Positions 38,361 through 48,073 of a stretch of 64,000 nt of DNA are shown one piece after another; the first letter of the stretch is position 1; every line of letters starts with the position of its first letter. The notes beneath the pieces were generated by a model. It was not told the origin of the DNA and ran no database searches. It saw only the letters and a list, made by a program, of their open reading frames with translations. Made by a program: the position numbers and the translations under genes. Source of the DNA: Phycisphaerae bacterium (GTDB taxonomy: Bacteria; Planctomycetota; Phycisphaerae; UBA1845); contig CAXXGO010000001.1 of NCBI GenBank assembly GCA_963666835.2, forward strand, positions 672,001-736,000, written 5' to 3'.

Positions 38361-41300
38361 ATGCGTACACGACGGTTGTTTGGCTGGGCTACTATTGCAG
38401 TACTCGGAGTCCTGGCGTTTGCCGCGCCGGCTTCGGCGTACAATATTTGGGCGGGGATCACGTTGGATGTCCATCAGGACATCCCGGACGGATCGCTGCC
38501 CGATGGTCGACTGCCCAATGACTTTCACATCGAGGGGCTGATATGTACGGCCAGCGGCGTGGCACCGGTCTTGAGCAATCACTTGGATGGGTTATTTCCG
38601 ATCTTCAACTACTCGATCACGAAGTTGAATCCGGGTGATCCGGCGGATTGCTGGTATACGTTCGTGGCCGACTGGGAGCTGAATGCCGGGGATCTCGGGA
38701 TTCCGTACTGTACGGTGGTGCATCTCGGCTTGCTCTTCTCAGTAGAAGACGAGAATACCATGATCGATCTGGTGGGGTGGTGGACGCTTGACGGTGTTCG
38801 CGTGGGTGACGTCATCGGCGGTTATCCCAATGAGGGTTATGTGCCGGCCTTGGGGTTCTACGTGGATCCGGTTACCGCGACGCCGGGTCCCAGCGTGAGG
38901 ATCGGTAACGGGTTTATTCCACCGTTCGATCCGCCGGCGCCGCCGCTACCTCCACCCGGTCCGGTCCCGATCGACGTTGAAGTGACCGAGTTGGACGTGG
39001 TTGTGATGAACCGGGCGGATGTCCCGTTGGCGTGGTTCGAGGAGCTGTATGACGGCGGGGCGCAGGATTCGTGGGGATGGGTTCCGGTTCTCGACGGTGC
39101 CGGAAACGACATCGACCCGACGAACCCGTTTCCGCTGGCCGCGGACAGCTTTTTTGATGTGTTCTTGGAGGGGACGCCGGGCATGGGTGACGTTACGCCG
39201 GCCACCCCGGTTGACTTGCCCGGGCACGAGCTTCTCTTCGTGCGCTCCAAGAGGAACTTCATCAACAATAACGGGGTGACGTATCCTGGCGGCGGAGATA
39301 CGGACAACGGTCTGTGGCAGTGGCACATTCACGAAGCGCAGGGGATCGAGGCGTGCTGTTTTGTCGATGGGTCGTGCCAGGATTTGACTCCAATCGATTG
39401 CGCTGCGCAAGGCGGTTTCCCGCAAGGAGCGGGTTCGGATTGTGCAACAACCGTATGTCCTGTGGAGGATCAGGCGTGCTGCTATGCGGATGGAAGTTGT
39501 CGGGATGAAGACCCGAATCAGTGTCTTGCTAATGGCGGGACTCCGCAAGGGGTGGGCACTGTTTGTGCGACGACCGACTGCCCTCTACCGGATCCGGAGG
39601 CCTGTTGCCTGCCGGATGGCACTTGCGTTGTGCTCCTGCCGGCCGATTGTCTAGCCCAGAACGGAACGCCGATGGGTGTGCCGAACTGCGACGGGGTCGT
39701 CTGTGAAGAGGGCGAGGATTATGCGTTCGAGTTTTCGCTGGATATCGGCTCGGATATCGAGTTGAGTGATCCGCTCTTTGATGGCGACGAGGCGGCCGAC
39801 CCCGGGGACGTTTACTGGTGGCAGAGTGCCGTGATTGCTCCGCCCGGACGGGATGGGTTCAAAGATGACATTCTGATCTTCGCTCTCGATCCTTGGCCGG
39901 ATCCGCCGGATGGGGCCGTACCGCCGGCAACCCGCGTTCCTGTCGGAACCGGCAGTCCTGATGACTATCACACTTACTTCGACCTCGACGGCCACGATCA
40001 GATCGATGTGTCTCTACGTACCGAATACGAGTTGGTTGGGCTGCCGCTGGCGGCGCCGATCCCGCAATGGGCGTCATCGTGCATTTATAGTCCGGAGTTT
40101 CTGGCAGTCTCTTTCGATGACGACCAAGCTCCCGGTTGGCCGGCGAACGATGTTCCGGTTATGGTTCCTTCTCCGGCGGGCGTCAGTAGCTACGGTACGA
40201 CTGCAGGGCAGGATGAGGTCATCGGCGTGACACTGGGGTCGGTAATCCCGCCCGCGCCCATTGTCAATAGGTACGCCATTGCCGATGAGGTTACAGTCCA
40301 TCAGAGCATGATTCCGAACCCGGACGCGAGCGAAGCGGACGACGACGACGTTGATTCTCTCGACATCGTACGTAATCAGTTGACTTGTCCTTATTGGTAC
40401 TTCAGCCCGGACCACGAGGCCGATTACGGTCTCGACCCCGGAGATATTTACGAAGTTTCCGCCGGTGGTGTTCCGTGGCTCGTGATCGATGACGTGAACA
40501 ACCTGGGGCTGCTGCCTGACACGGACGTGGATGCGTTCGAGTTCGCGTGGCTGACCCATGAGACCCAGGGGCTGGTGTTCGGGGTGTTGTTCAGTGTTGA
40601 TGAGGATGATCCGTTGACTCCGGTCGACGAGTCCGGCGGGCTCAGTCCGCGAATAATCTACGGATCCTTCCTGACCGGATCGTACTTCGTGTTTGCCGGT
40701 CCGCTTGAGGATGACATCGACGCTTTGACTATCTGGTTTGAGACGCTCGAGAAGGAGAAGCCGGAAGCCTGCTGCTATCCCGACGGGAGTTGCGTAGATG
40801 AGACCGCGGCATCCTGTACGGCGAACGGTGGTACGCCTCAGGGATCGGGCACGGATTGCTCAACGACAACGTGCCCGCAGCCGACGGAGGCTTGCTGTTA
40901 CCCCGACGGGAGCTGCGTAGACGAGACCGCGGCTTCCTGTACGGCGAACGGTGGAACGCCTCAGGGTTCGGGGACGGATTGCTCCACAACTACCTGTCCG
41001 GAGCCGACGGAGGCTTGCTGTTACCCCGACGGGAGCTGCGTAGATGAGACCGCGGCCTCCTGTACGGGCAACGGCGGGACTCCTCAGGGTTCCGGCACGG
41101 ATTGCTCTACTACGACATGTCCGGAGCCGACGGAGGCCTGCTGTTATCCCGACGGGAGTTGCGTAGACGAGACCGCGGCCTCCTGTACGGGCAACGGCGG
41201 GACTCCTCAGGGTTCGGGGACGGATTGCTCTACTACGACATGTCCGGAGCCGACGGAAGCTTGCTGCTATCCCGACGGAAGTTGCGTCGATGAGACCGCG

Positions 41301-44300
41301 GCCTCCTGCACGGGTAACGGCGGAACGCCTCAGGGTTCGGGGACGGACTGTACGACAACGACGTGTCCGGAGCCGACGGAGGCCTGCTGTTATCCCGACG
41401 GGAGTTGCGTGGACGAAACCGCGGCATCGTGCACGGGTAACGGCGGGACGCCTCAGGGTTCCGGGACGGACTGTGCGACAACGACGTGTCCGGAGCCGAC
41501 GGAGGCCTGCTGCTATCCCGATGGAAGTTGCGTAGACGAGACCGCGGCGTCCTGCACGGGTAACGGCGGGACGCCTCAGGGTTCCGGGACGGACTGTGCG
41601 ACAACGACGTGTCCGGAGCCGACGGAGGCCTGCTGCTATCCCGATGGAAGTTGCGTAGACGAGACCGCGGCGTCCTGCACGGGTAACGGCGGTACGCCCC
41701 AAGGTTCGGGTACGGATTGCTCGACGACGACCTGTCCGGAGCCGACGGAGGCCTGCTGTTATCCCGACGGGAGCTGCGTGGACGAGACCGCGGCGTCGTG
41801 TACGGGTAACGGCGGGACGCCTCAGGGTTCGGGGACGGATTGTGCGACGACGACGTGTCCGGAGCAGCCGGTTTATAAGTGGGAGCAGCCTCCGGACCTG
41901 GATACGACCGGAATCGATGTCAGCGCCACGTACTCCTTCATTCTGGCGGACGATTTCGAGTGCACGATGCGCGGTCCGCTTACGGAGATCCAAGTGTGGG
42001 GTTCGTGGTATAACGATCTGATGCCGTTCGGGGGGACCCCCGGTGACGGTGACCCCGCAGCGATCAGGTTCACGTTGAGCATCCACGAGGATATTCCCGA
42101 CCCGGACGGTTCGGGACCGGAGTACAGCATGCCAGCCAGCCCGCCGGTGTGGATGCGGACGTTCAGCGAGGGCGAGTTCATGGTTGAGCTCTTCGCGGGC
42201 GGGATTCTGGAGGGATGGATGAACCCGCCGGATCTTTACACATTCCCCGGTGATACGATGTGTTGGAAGTACACGTTCCTGATCCCGCGTGAGGAGGCGT
42301 TCTTCCAGGAAGGTACTACGGCCTCTCCCATCGTCTACTGGTTGGATGTCCAGGCGGAGCCTTTGGATGCGACGACGTACTTCGGCTGGAAGACCACTTT
42401 GGGTCAGTGGAATGACAACGCTGTGTGGGGAGTGGGCGTAGACTCGCGGCTGACTTGGGAAGAGATGTACTTCCCGCCGGGGCATACGCTGGCCGGTGCC
42501 CCGCTCGATCTGGCGTTTGCTTTGATCGGCGAGCCGGAGTTGATTCGCGGTGACTTCGAACCTGACGGAGATGTCGATCAGGACGACTACGATGCGTTTA
42601 TCGATTGCTTCACCGGTCCCGGCGGCGGGCCGTTGCCTCCGGAGTGTCTCCCCGGTGACTTTGACGATGACGACGACATCGACTGCGATGATTGGGAAAT
42701 GTTCAAGATGGTGTGGACCGGCCCGCCGGTCGATCCGCCGGCGTTCGATCCGCCGGCCGAGATTCCGGGAGCAACCTGCGATGACGGGCTGGACAATGAC
42801 TGCGATGGGCTGACCGATTGCGAAGATCCGGATTGTGCCCTGGACATCACCTGTCACGGTGACTTCGAGCCTGACGGAGACGTCGATGAGGACGACTTCG
42901 ACGAGTTTATTGACTGCTTCACCGGTCCGGGTGGTGGACCGTTGCCGCCGGAGTGTCTCCCGGGTGATTTCGACGACGATGATGACATCGACTGCGACGA
43001 TTGGGAGATGTTCAAGCTGGTATGGACCGGCCCGCCGGTCGATCCGCCGGCGTTCGATCCGCCGGCCGAAATTCCGGGAACGACCTGCGATGACGGGCTG
43101 GACAATGACTGTGATGGCTTGAGCGATTGCGACGACCCCGACTGCTCCACCGATCCGGCGTGTGCTCCTTCCTGCGGTGACGGCACTTGTGATCCTCCGC
43201 TGGAGGATCCGTGCAATTGCCCGGCGGATTGCGGTAGCCCGCCCCCGGCGGAGATAGCGAATCTGACCTGCGACGACGGGGTCGACAACGATTGCGACGG
43301 CGACGTGGACTGTCTGGATTCGGATTGTGCCTCAGATCCGTCATGTCAATTCGTATGCGGCAACGGTATCTGTGAGCCGCCCATGGAGGATCAGTGCAGT
43401 TGCCCGGCCGATTGCGGCACTCCGCCGCCGACGGAGGTTGTGGGCTCCACGTGCGATGACGGAATCGACAACGATTGTGATGGCGATGCCGATTGCGTTG
43501 ACGCAGATTGTGCCACAGATCCGGCATGTCAATCAAGCTGTGGGAACAGTACCTGCGAGCCGCCCATGGAGGATCAGTGCAACTGCCCGGCCGACTGCGG
43601 CACGCCGCCGGCGACGGAAGTAGCCGGATCGACCTGCGCGGACGGAATCGATAACGACTGCGATGGGAACTCGGACTGTGACGACGGGGATTGTGCCACC
43701 GACCCGACGTGTACGGCCTACTGCGGGGACGGCACGTGCGATCCCGACGAGGATCAGTGTGATTGTCCGGCCGACTGCGGTACTCCGCCGGCCGCGGAAG
43801 TGCCCGGTACCAGTTGTACGGACGGAATCGATAACGATTGCGATGGCGATTCGGATTGTGACGATACCGATTGTGCCACAGATCCGGCATGTCAGACCTT
43901 CTGCGGCAACGCCACCTGCGAGTCGCCGATCGAAGACCCGTGCAATTGCCCGGCGGATTGTGGCACGCCGCAATCCGACGAGGTGCCGAACTCCACTTGT
44001 ACGGACGGGATCGACAATGACTGCGACGGGGATATCGATTGCAGCGATTCCGCCTGCGCGACGGACCCGGCGTGTCAAGCCGACTGCGGTAACTCGACGT
44101 GCGAATGGCCGATGGAGAACCCGTGCAACTGCCCCGCCGACTGCGGGACACCTCCGGCGACCGAGCAGGCCGGATCAACCTGCACCGACGGCGAGGACAA
44201 TGACTGCGACGGCTTCGCGGATTGTGCGGATTCGGATTGTGCTACTGACCCGGCATGTCAGACCGACTGCGGTAACGGAATCTGCGACTGGCCGGTGGAG

Positions 44301-45062
44301 AACCCGTGCACCTGCGTGCCGGACTGCGGAAACCCGCCGAGTATCGAGAAGCCGTTCCTGACGTGCGGCGACGGGCTCGATAACGACTGCGACGGGGATA
44401 CCGACTGCGATGACCTGGATTGTTCCGGTGACCCGATCTGCGGGGCGAATCCGACCCCGGATCCGCCGCAGCCGGAACCCGCCACGGGAGGCGGTTTGAA
44501 GAACCGGTACATCTCCTTCGTGCCGGGTAACGCCGGTGCTCTCGTGGCGTTCCGGGTGACGCACGTCGGTTCCGCCGCGCAGTGGTGGGTGCAGGCCCAC
44601 AACACCGGAGAACCGGTAGACATCTTCCGGATGGGGCCGTCTCCGTACTATGCCGACTGGAGTCTGGCTCCTCTGGTTGTGCATGTCGGGGACTGCGGTA
44701 TCGTTCCGGATGCGCAATACGAGGTTCAGGCGATTGCTATTGGGGCTGACACTTCTGATGAAGGGAACTACTCTGCGGCATTGTCGATCGACACGGTGTA
44801 TCGCCCGGCTCCCAAGTACTGGGGCGACTGCGTAGGCGTTTTCACCGGAACCTGGTCGGGGCCCAACGGAATCGTGAACATCAGCGACATCCAGGCTGCC
44901 CTGCAGAAGTTCTCTGGGCTGCCGACTGCTCCGCCTTTGACTTGGGTGGACATGGATGGTCAGCGGCCCAACGCCGTCTTGAACATGACGGATGTTCAGC
45001 AACTGGTGAACGGATTCAAAGGTCTTCCATACCCGTTCAGCGCTCCGCCGAGCTGTCCGTAG
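38361..45062 (+). CDS. Giant secreted Cys/Asp-rich multi-repeat protein with dockerin-like modules
   Basis: GGAGG RBS, signal peptide ending APASA, three internal repeat families, C-terminal KNRYISF... domain with a dockerin-like end. Confidence 0.85.
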   Translation: MRTRRLFGWATIAVLGVLAFAAPASAYNIWAGITLDVHQDIPDGSLPDGRLPNDFHIEGLICTASGVAPVLSNHLDGLFPIFNYSITKLNPGDPADCWYTFVADWELNAGDLGIPYCTVVHLGLLFSVEDENTMIDLVGWWTLDGVRVGDVIGGYPNEGYVPALGFYVDPVTATPGPSVRIGNGFIPPFDPPAPPLPPPGPVPIDVEVTELDVVVMNRADVPLAWFEELYDGGAQDSWGWVPVLDGAGNDIDPTNPFPLAADSFFDVFLEGTPGMGDVTPATPVDLPGHELLFVRSKRNFINNNGVTYPGGGDTDNGLWQWHIHEAQGIEACCFVDGSCQDLTPIDCAAQGGFPQGAGSDCATTVCPVEDQACCYADGSCRDEDPNQCLANGGTPQGVGTVCATTDCPLPDPEACCLPDGTCVVLLPADCLAQNGTPMGVPNCDGVVCEEGEDYAFEFSLDIGSDIELSDPLFDGDEAADPGDVYWWQSAVIAPPGRDGFKDDILIFALDPWPDPPDGAVPPATRVPVGTGSPDDYHTYFDLDGHDQIDVSLRTEYELVGLPLAAPIPQWASSCIYSPEFLAVSFDDDQAPGWPANDVPVMVPSPAGVSSYGTTAGQDEVIGVTLGSVIPPAPIVNRYAIADEVTVHQSMIPNPDASEADDDDVDSLDIVRNQLTCPYWYFSPDHEADYGLDPGDIYEVSAGGVPWLVIDDVNNLGLLPDTDVDAFEFAWLTHETQGLVFGVLFSVDEDDPLTPVDESGGLSPRIIYGSFLTGSYFVFAGPLEDDIDALTIWFETLEKEKPEACCYPDGSCVDETAASCTANGGTPQGSGTDCSTTTCPQPTEACCYPDGSCVDETAASCTANGGTPQGSGTDCSTTTCPEPTEACCYPDGSCVDETAASCTGNGGTPQGSGTDCSTTTCPEPTEACCYPDGSCVDETAASCTGNGGTPQGSGTDCSTTTCPEPTEACCYPDGSCVDETAASCTGNGGTPQGSGTDCTTTTCPEPTEACCYPDGSCVDETAASCTGNGGTPQGSGTDCATTTCPEPTEACCYPDGSCVDETAASCTGNGGTPQGSGTDCATTTCPEPTEACCYPDGSCVDETAASCTGNGGTPQGSGTDCSTTTCPEPTEACCYPDGSCVDETAASCTGNGGTPQGSGTDCATTTCPEQPVYKWEQPPDLDTTGIDVSATYSFILADDFECTMRGPLTEIQVWGSWYNDLMPFGGTPGDGDPAAIRFTLSIHEDIPDPDGSGPEYSMPASPPVWMRTFSEGEFMVELFAGGILEGWMNPPDLYTFPGDTMCWKYTFLIPREEAFFQEGTTASPIVYWLDVQAEPLDATTYFGWKTTLGQWNDNAVWGVGVDSRLTWEEMYFPPGHTLAGAPLDLAFALIGEPELIRGDFEPDGDVDQDDYDAFIDCFTGPGGGPLPPECLPGDFDDDDDIDCDDWEMFKMVWTGPPVDPPAFDPPAEIPGATCDDGLDNDCDGLTDCEDPDCALDITCHGDFEPDGDVDEDDFDEFIDCFTGPGGGPLPPECLPGDFDDDDDIDCDDWEMFKLVWTGPPVDPPAFDPPAEIPGTTCDDGLDNDCDGLSDCDDPDCSTDPACAPSCGDGTCDPPLEDPCNCPADCGSPPPAEIANLTCDDGVDNDCDGDVDCLDSDCASDPSCQFVCGNGICEPPMEDQCSCPADCGTPPPTEVVGSTCDDGIDNDCDGDADCVDADCATDPACQSSCGNSTCEPPMEDQCNCPADCGTPPATEVAGSTCADGIDNDCDGNSDCDDGDCATDPTCTAYCGDGTCDPDEDQCDCPADCGTPPAAEVPGTSCTDGIDNDCDGDSDCDDTDCATDPACQTFCGNATCESPIEDPCNCPADCGTPQSDEVPNSTCTDGIDNDCDGDIDCSDSACATDPACQADCGNSTCEWPMENPCNCPADCGTPPATEQAGSTCTDGEDNDCDGFADCADSDCATDPACQTDCGNGICDWPVENPCTCVPDCGNPPSIEKPFLTCGDGLDNDCDGDTDCDDLDCSGDPICGANPTPDPPQPEPATGGGLKNRYISFVPGNAGALVAFRVTHVGSAAQWWVQAHNTGEPVDIFRMGPSPYYADWSLAPLVVHVGDCGIVPDAQYEVQAIAIGADTSDEGNYSAALSIDTVYRPAPKYWGDCVGVFTGTWSGPNGIVNISDIQAALQKFSGLPTAPPLTWVDMDGQRPNAVLNMTDVQQLVNGFKGLPYPFSAPPSCP
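40764..41870 (+). repeat. Nine tandem 123-bp (41-aa) coding repeats
   Basis: Unit EACCYPDGSCVDETAASCTGNGGTPQGSGTDCSTTTCPEPT. Three diverged copies lie at about 39348-39705. Confidence 0.95.
42549..43146 (+). repeat. Two 309-bp (103-aa) coding repeats, dockerin/EF-hand-like plus CDDGxDNDCDG
   Basis: GDFEPDGDVD...GDFDDDDDIDCDDW...CDDGLDNDCDG begins at 42549 and 42858. Confidence 0.9.
43170..44441 (+). repeat. Seven tandem ~61-aa Cys-rich coding repeats
   Basis: CGxxxC...CxCPADCG...CxDGxDNDCDGxxDCxDxDCxxDPxC repeated seven times. Confidence 0.9.
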
Positions 45063-45091
45063 TACGCCGGTAGAACGTGCGACGTAGACTA

Positions 45092-45124
45092 GGGAGGATC
45101 GGGCCTAACACGCCCGGTCCTCCC
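45092..45124. terminator. Hairpin downstream of the giant protein gene
   Basis: GGGAGGATCGGGC-ctaacac-GCCCGGTCCTCCC with no clear U-tract. Confidence 0.45.
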
Positions 45125-45485
45125 GGCGTTCTGTGGGGAAGAGCTTTCGCCGTCGTTGTTCTACACGTCTTTGCCCCCGGCTACTTCATCAAAGCCCTTC
45201 GGGCTGGAGAATCGAGATCAAGAGCACGACGGCTGCAGTTGGCGGATGCGTCGAATGATGTGTAGAACAGCGAGGCTCTACGCCCGTAGCCCGGATTATT
45301 CATCCACGCGGAGTATAAGCCGTAAACCAATGTGGCGCCGGGGCATATCCTGGGCGTCGAAGCGAGCTGCGTTGCCATGACGCCACCGACAAGCGGTTGC
45401 CGGTAAGCTACGCGAATTCATGCGAACGTCGTGGATAATACAGGCTGTATCGGCCCTGCGGTGTTGCCGGTTGCCCTGCTTATGA

Positions 45486-46328
45486 TCAGGTCGATCCGCG
45501 AATTCGTTTCCCCAGCGCAACCAGGAGATAGAGCGCCCCGGCCAGGGTGATGGTTGTGGCTCCGGGCGGGAGTTCCGGACCGTAGCTGAGCATCAAGCCG
45601 CCCGTGGTCAAGGCCATACTGATAAGGCTCGCCAGGATCATCACGTGCCAGAGCCGGGCCACGAAATTGCCCGCAATCGCCACCGGGAGCGTGAGCAGGG
45701 CGATTACCATTACCAATCCGACGACCGTCACCAATAACACCACAGTCAAGGCCGTCAGACAGAGCAGCAAGAGGTAGTAGAACTCCACCGACACCCCGCG
45801 CAGCCGGGCGAACTCCTCGTCGAAGCAGACCGCCAGGAATTTGTTGTAGAAGAGGATGCCGACCCCCACGACGACTACATCGAGTGCGGCGATGAGGATG
45901 AGATTCTCCCGGGAGACGAGGAGGATATTCCCAAACAGGTAGCTCATAAGATCCTCGTAGTATCCCGGGGTCTTGGCGATGAACAGGATGCCGACGGCCA
46001 TGCCGATCGCCCACAGAGCACTGATTACGGTGTCCTCGCGTTGCCGGGCGCGAAGACTGACCGCGCCGATTACCAAGGCCGCACCGAGGGCCGCTACCAC
46101 CGCTCCGTGTAGTGGATGCAAAGCGGTCCAGCCGTGGACCTCGTGCAAATAACGCGCGGCGCCCATACCGCCCAGGGTGCAGTGGGCGACGCCTCCCGCA
46201 ATGTACGTGATTCTCCGGGCGACCACGTAGCTGCCGACCACCCCGCATGCGATGCTGGCAATGATCCCGGCCAGCAGGGCGTATTGCAGGAAAGAGTTGT
46301 TCACGAGGGCATTAAAGAACTCACTCAC
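45486..46328 (-). CDS. znuB: Metal (Zn/Mn) ABC transporter permease, ZnuB-like
   Basis: GSYVVARR, AHCTLGG, YLFGNIL, FDEEFARLRG, VVGLVMVIALL; GTG 46328 overlaps the ATPase end. Confidence 0.9.
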   Translation of the reverse strand: MSEFFNALVNNSFLQYALLAGIIASIACGVVGSYVVARRITYIAGGVAHCTLGGMGAARYLHEVHGWTALHPLHGAVVAALGAALVIGAVSLRARQREDTVISALWAIGMAVGILFIAKTPGYYEDLMSYLFGNILLVSRENLILIAALDVVVVGVGILFYNKFLAVCFDEEFARLRGVSVEFYYLLLLCLTALTVVLLVTVVGLVMVIALLTLPVAIAGNFVARLWHVMILASLISMALTTGGLMLSYGPELPPGATTITLAGALYLLVALGKRIRGST

Positions 46329-47076
46329 CGCACGTCTCCCCACGCGCGTGAGCAGGATGCACCAGTCGGACCGTGCGGCCGTACATGTCGGCCACGCGCT
46401 GGCCGGTTAGCTCGCTGGTGGCGTGGGTGTGTACCGTGTTATTGACGCACACGACGGTTTTGAAGAACACCGACACGAACCCGACATCGTGGGATACGAT
46501 GACGACGGTAAGCCGCTCGTTCAGCTTACGTAACAGTTCGTAGAGATTCTCTTGCACGGCCGGGTCCAGGCTGGCCGTCGGCTCGTCCAGAAGCAGCAGT
46601 TCCGGCTCACAAGCCAGGGCTCGCGCGATCAGCACGCGCTGGCGTTGTCCTCCCGACAGCGCGGAAAGTGGCCGGTTGCGTAGACCGAACACTCCGACCT
46701 CGTCCAGGGCGGTGTGGGCGACCTCCCGATCCGCCGGGCGGTAGGGGCCGACCGCGGCGCCATGTCCTAGCCGGCCCATGAGGACGACGTCCATGGCGGT
46801 GACGGGGAATTGCGGATCAAGCTGAGCGTGCTGCGGCATGTATCCGATTCGCCGGCGGACCGCCTCCGGGCGGCTCCCGAGCACGGTAACGCTCCCCGAC
46901 CGCGGGTGGATCAAACCGAGCATCAGCCGGATCAGGGTAGTTTTGCCGCCGCCGTTGGGGCCGATCACGCAGACGAAGTCTCGCTCGGCCACTTCCACGT
47001 TTACGTCGCGCAATACGGGGGGGCCGTCGTAAGCGAAGGTCACGTCTCGAAGTGCTATGACTGGTTCAGGTTCCAT
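46321..47076 (-). CDS. znuC: Metal ABC transporter ATPase, ZnuC-like
   Basis: GPNGGGKTT, IGYMPQ, LSGGQRQR, LLLLDEPT, SHD. Confidence 0.92.
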   Translation of the reverse strand: MEPEPVIALRDVTFAYDGPPVLRDVNVEVAERDFVCVIGPNGGGKTTLIRLMLGLIHPRSGSVTVLGSRPEAVRRRIGYMPQHAQLDPQFPVTAMDVVLMGRLGHGAAVGPYRPADREVAHTALDEVGVFGLRNRPLSALSGGQRQRVLIARALACEPELLLLDEPTASLDPAVQENLYELLRKLNERLTVVIVSHDVGFVSVFFKTVVCVNNTVHTHATSELTGQRVADMYGRTVRLVHPAHARGETCGE

Positions 47077-47122
47077 ACAAGCCCCAGAGATTCAGGCCGG
47101 CTCAACTGCCGTCCGAAGTTTG

Positions 47123-48073
47123 CTATGGCCGGTCGGTCTCACTGCTGCCGACAACCGCTTCGATCTGCGAGGCTATCTCGAGCAGATTGTCGAGGTAGTT
47201 CTCCGCCATGGGGTCCATCGCGACGACAGCTCCGCCGATCGACTCTGCAACGGTGCGAGCACTTCTGTCCGAGAACTGGGGCTGAACGAAGATGAGCTTC
47301 ACGTTGGCGGCTTTCGCTCGTTCTATCAACGTGCCCAGTTGTTTGGCCGTCGGCTCCTTCCCGCCGGCCTCCACGGCTACCTGTACCAGGCCGTACCGCT
47401 TCGCGAAGTAACCGAACGCCGGGTGAAATACGTAGAAGTCCCGGCCGCGCCAGGGTGCCAACAGTTCGGCAATCTGGGCGTCCACCGCGTCCAGTTCCTG
47501 CTCGAGTTTCCCGCCGTTCTCTCGGTATTGCGGGGCGTGCGTCGGGTCCAGCCGGCACAACGTGCGGCAGATAGTCTGTACTTGCAGTTTCGCCGCTTGT
47601 GGGTCCATCCAAGTGTGCGGATCGAGCTCTCCGGCGGTGTGATCGTGGTCGCAATCGTGGCTGTGCCCATGGTGGTGCGGTTCGGCCATTCTGTGCAGCT
47701 CGATATTCGCGCAAGTGTCCACTATTTCCAGATTGGCGATGGTCTTGGCAATCTTGTCGAGCAGTGCGCGTTCGAACGGTAGCCCGATTTTGAAGTATGC
47801 CTGCGCCGCGGATAGCTCGACCATCTGCTTCGGAGTAGGCTCGTAGGTGGCCGGAGACTGCCCCGGCGGCAGCATCACCGAGACTTTCACGTAATTGCCC
47901 CCCAACCGTTCCACGAAGTACTTCTGCGGAGGAATGCTGACGAAGACCGGCAGCGAGCCGTTCTCAACCGTGGATTCGGCCGGCCGGGTGTCGCGGCGGC
48001 ACGCCGGCAAGGCGGCCAGGAGCAACATAGCGGCAGCGGCTGGGCGCCATGTTCTGTAAACAGGCGAGATCAT
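47123..48073 (-). CDS. znuA: Metal ABC transporter substrate-binding lipoprotein, ZnuA-like
   Basis: Lipobox LPAC, SIPPQKY, SPATYEP, His-rich loop HHHGHSHDCDHDH, DPHTW, FHPAFGYF; ATGA overlap with the upstream gene. Confidence 0.88.
   Translation of the reverse strand: MISPVYRTWRPAAAAMLLLAALPACRRDTRPAESTVENGSLPVFVSIPPQKYFVERLGGNYVKVSVMLPPGQSPATYEPTPKQMVELSAAQAYFKIGLPFERALLDKIAKTIANLEIVDTCANIELHRMAEPHHHGHSHDCDHDHTAGELDPHTWMDPQAAKLQVQTICRTLCRLDPTHAPQYRENGGKLEQELDAVDAQIAELLAPWRGRDFYVFHPAFGYFAKRYGLVQVAVEAGGKEPTAKQLGTLIERAKAANVKLIFVQPQFSDRSARTVAESIGGAVVAMDPMAENYLDNLLEIASQIEAVVGSSETDRP

Noticed and set aside
40764..41870. Tandem array as a possible CRISPR
   Set aside because: The 123-bp units are in-frame coding repeats with synonymous variation and no unique spacers. 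No cas genes are in the window.
40860..42857. 665-aa minus-strand ORF and other long antisense ORFs (750..2132, 9927..11030, 16512..17858, 27933..29243)
   Set aside because: They are shadow frames of well-supported genes in high-GC DNA, Arg/Pro-rich and without recognisable motifs.
45063..45485. Short ORFs or an sRNA in the gap between the giant gene and znuB
   Set aside because: The 60-75-aa ORFs have no RBS or motif support, and only one hairpin is evident.
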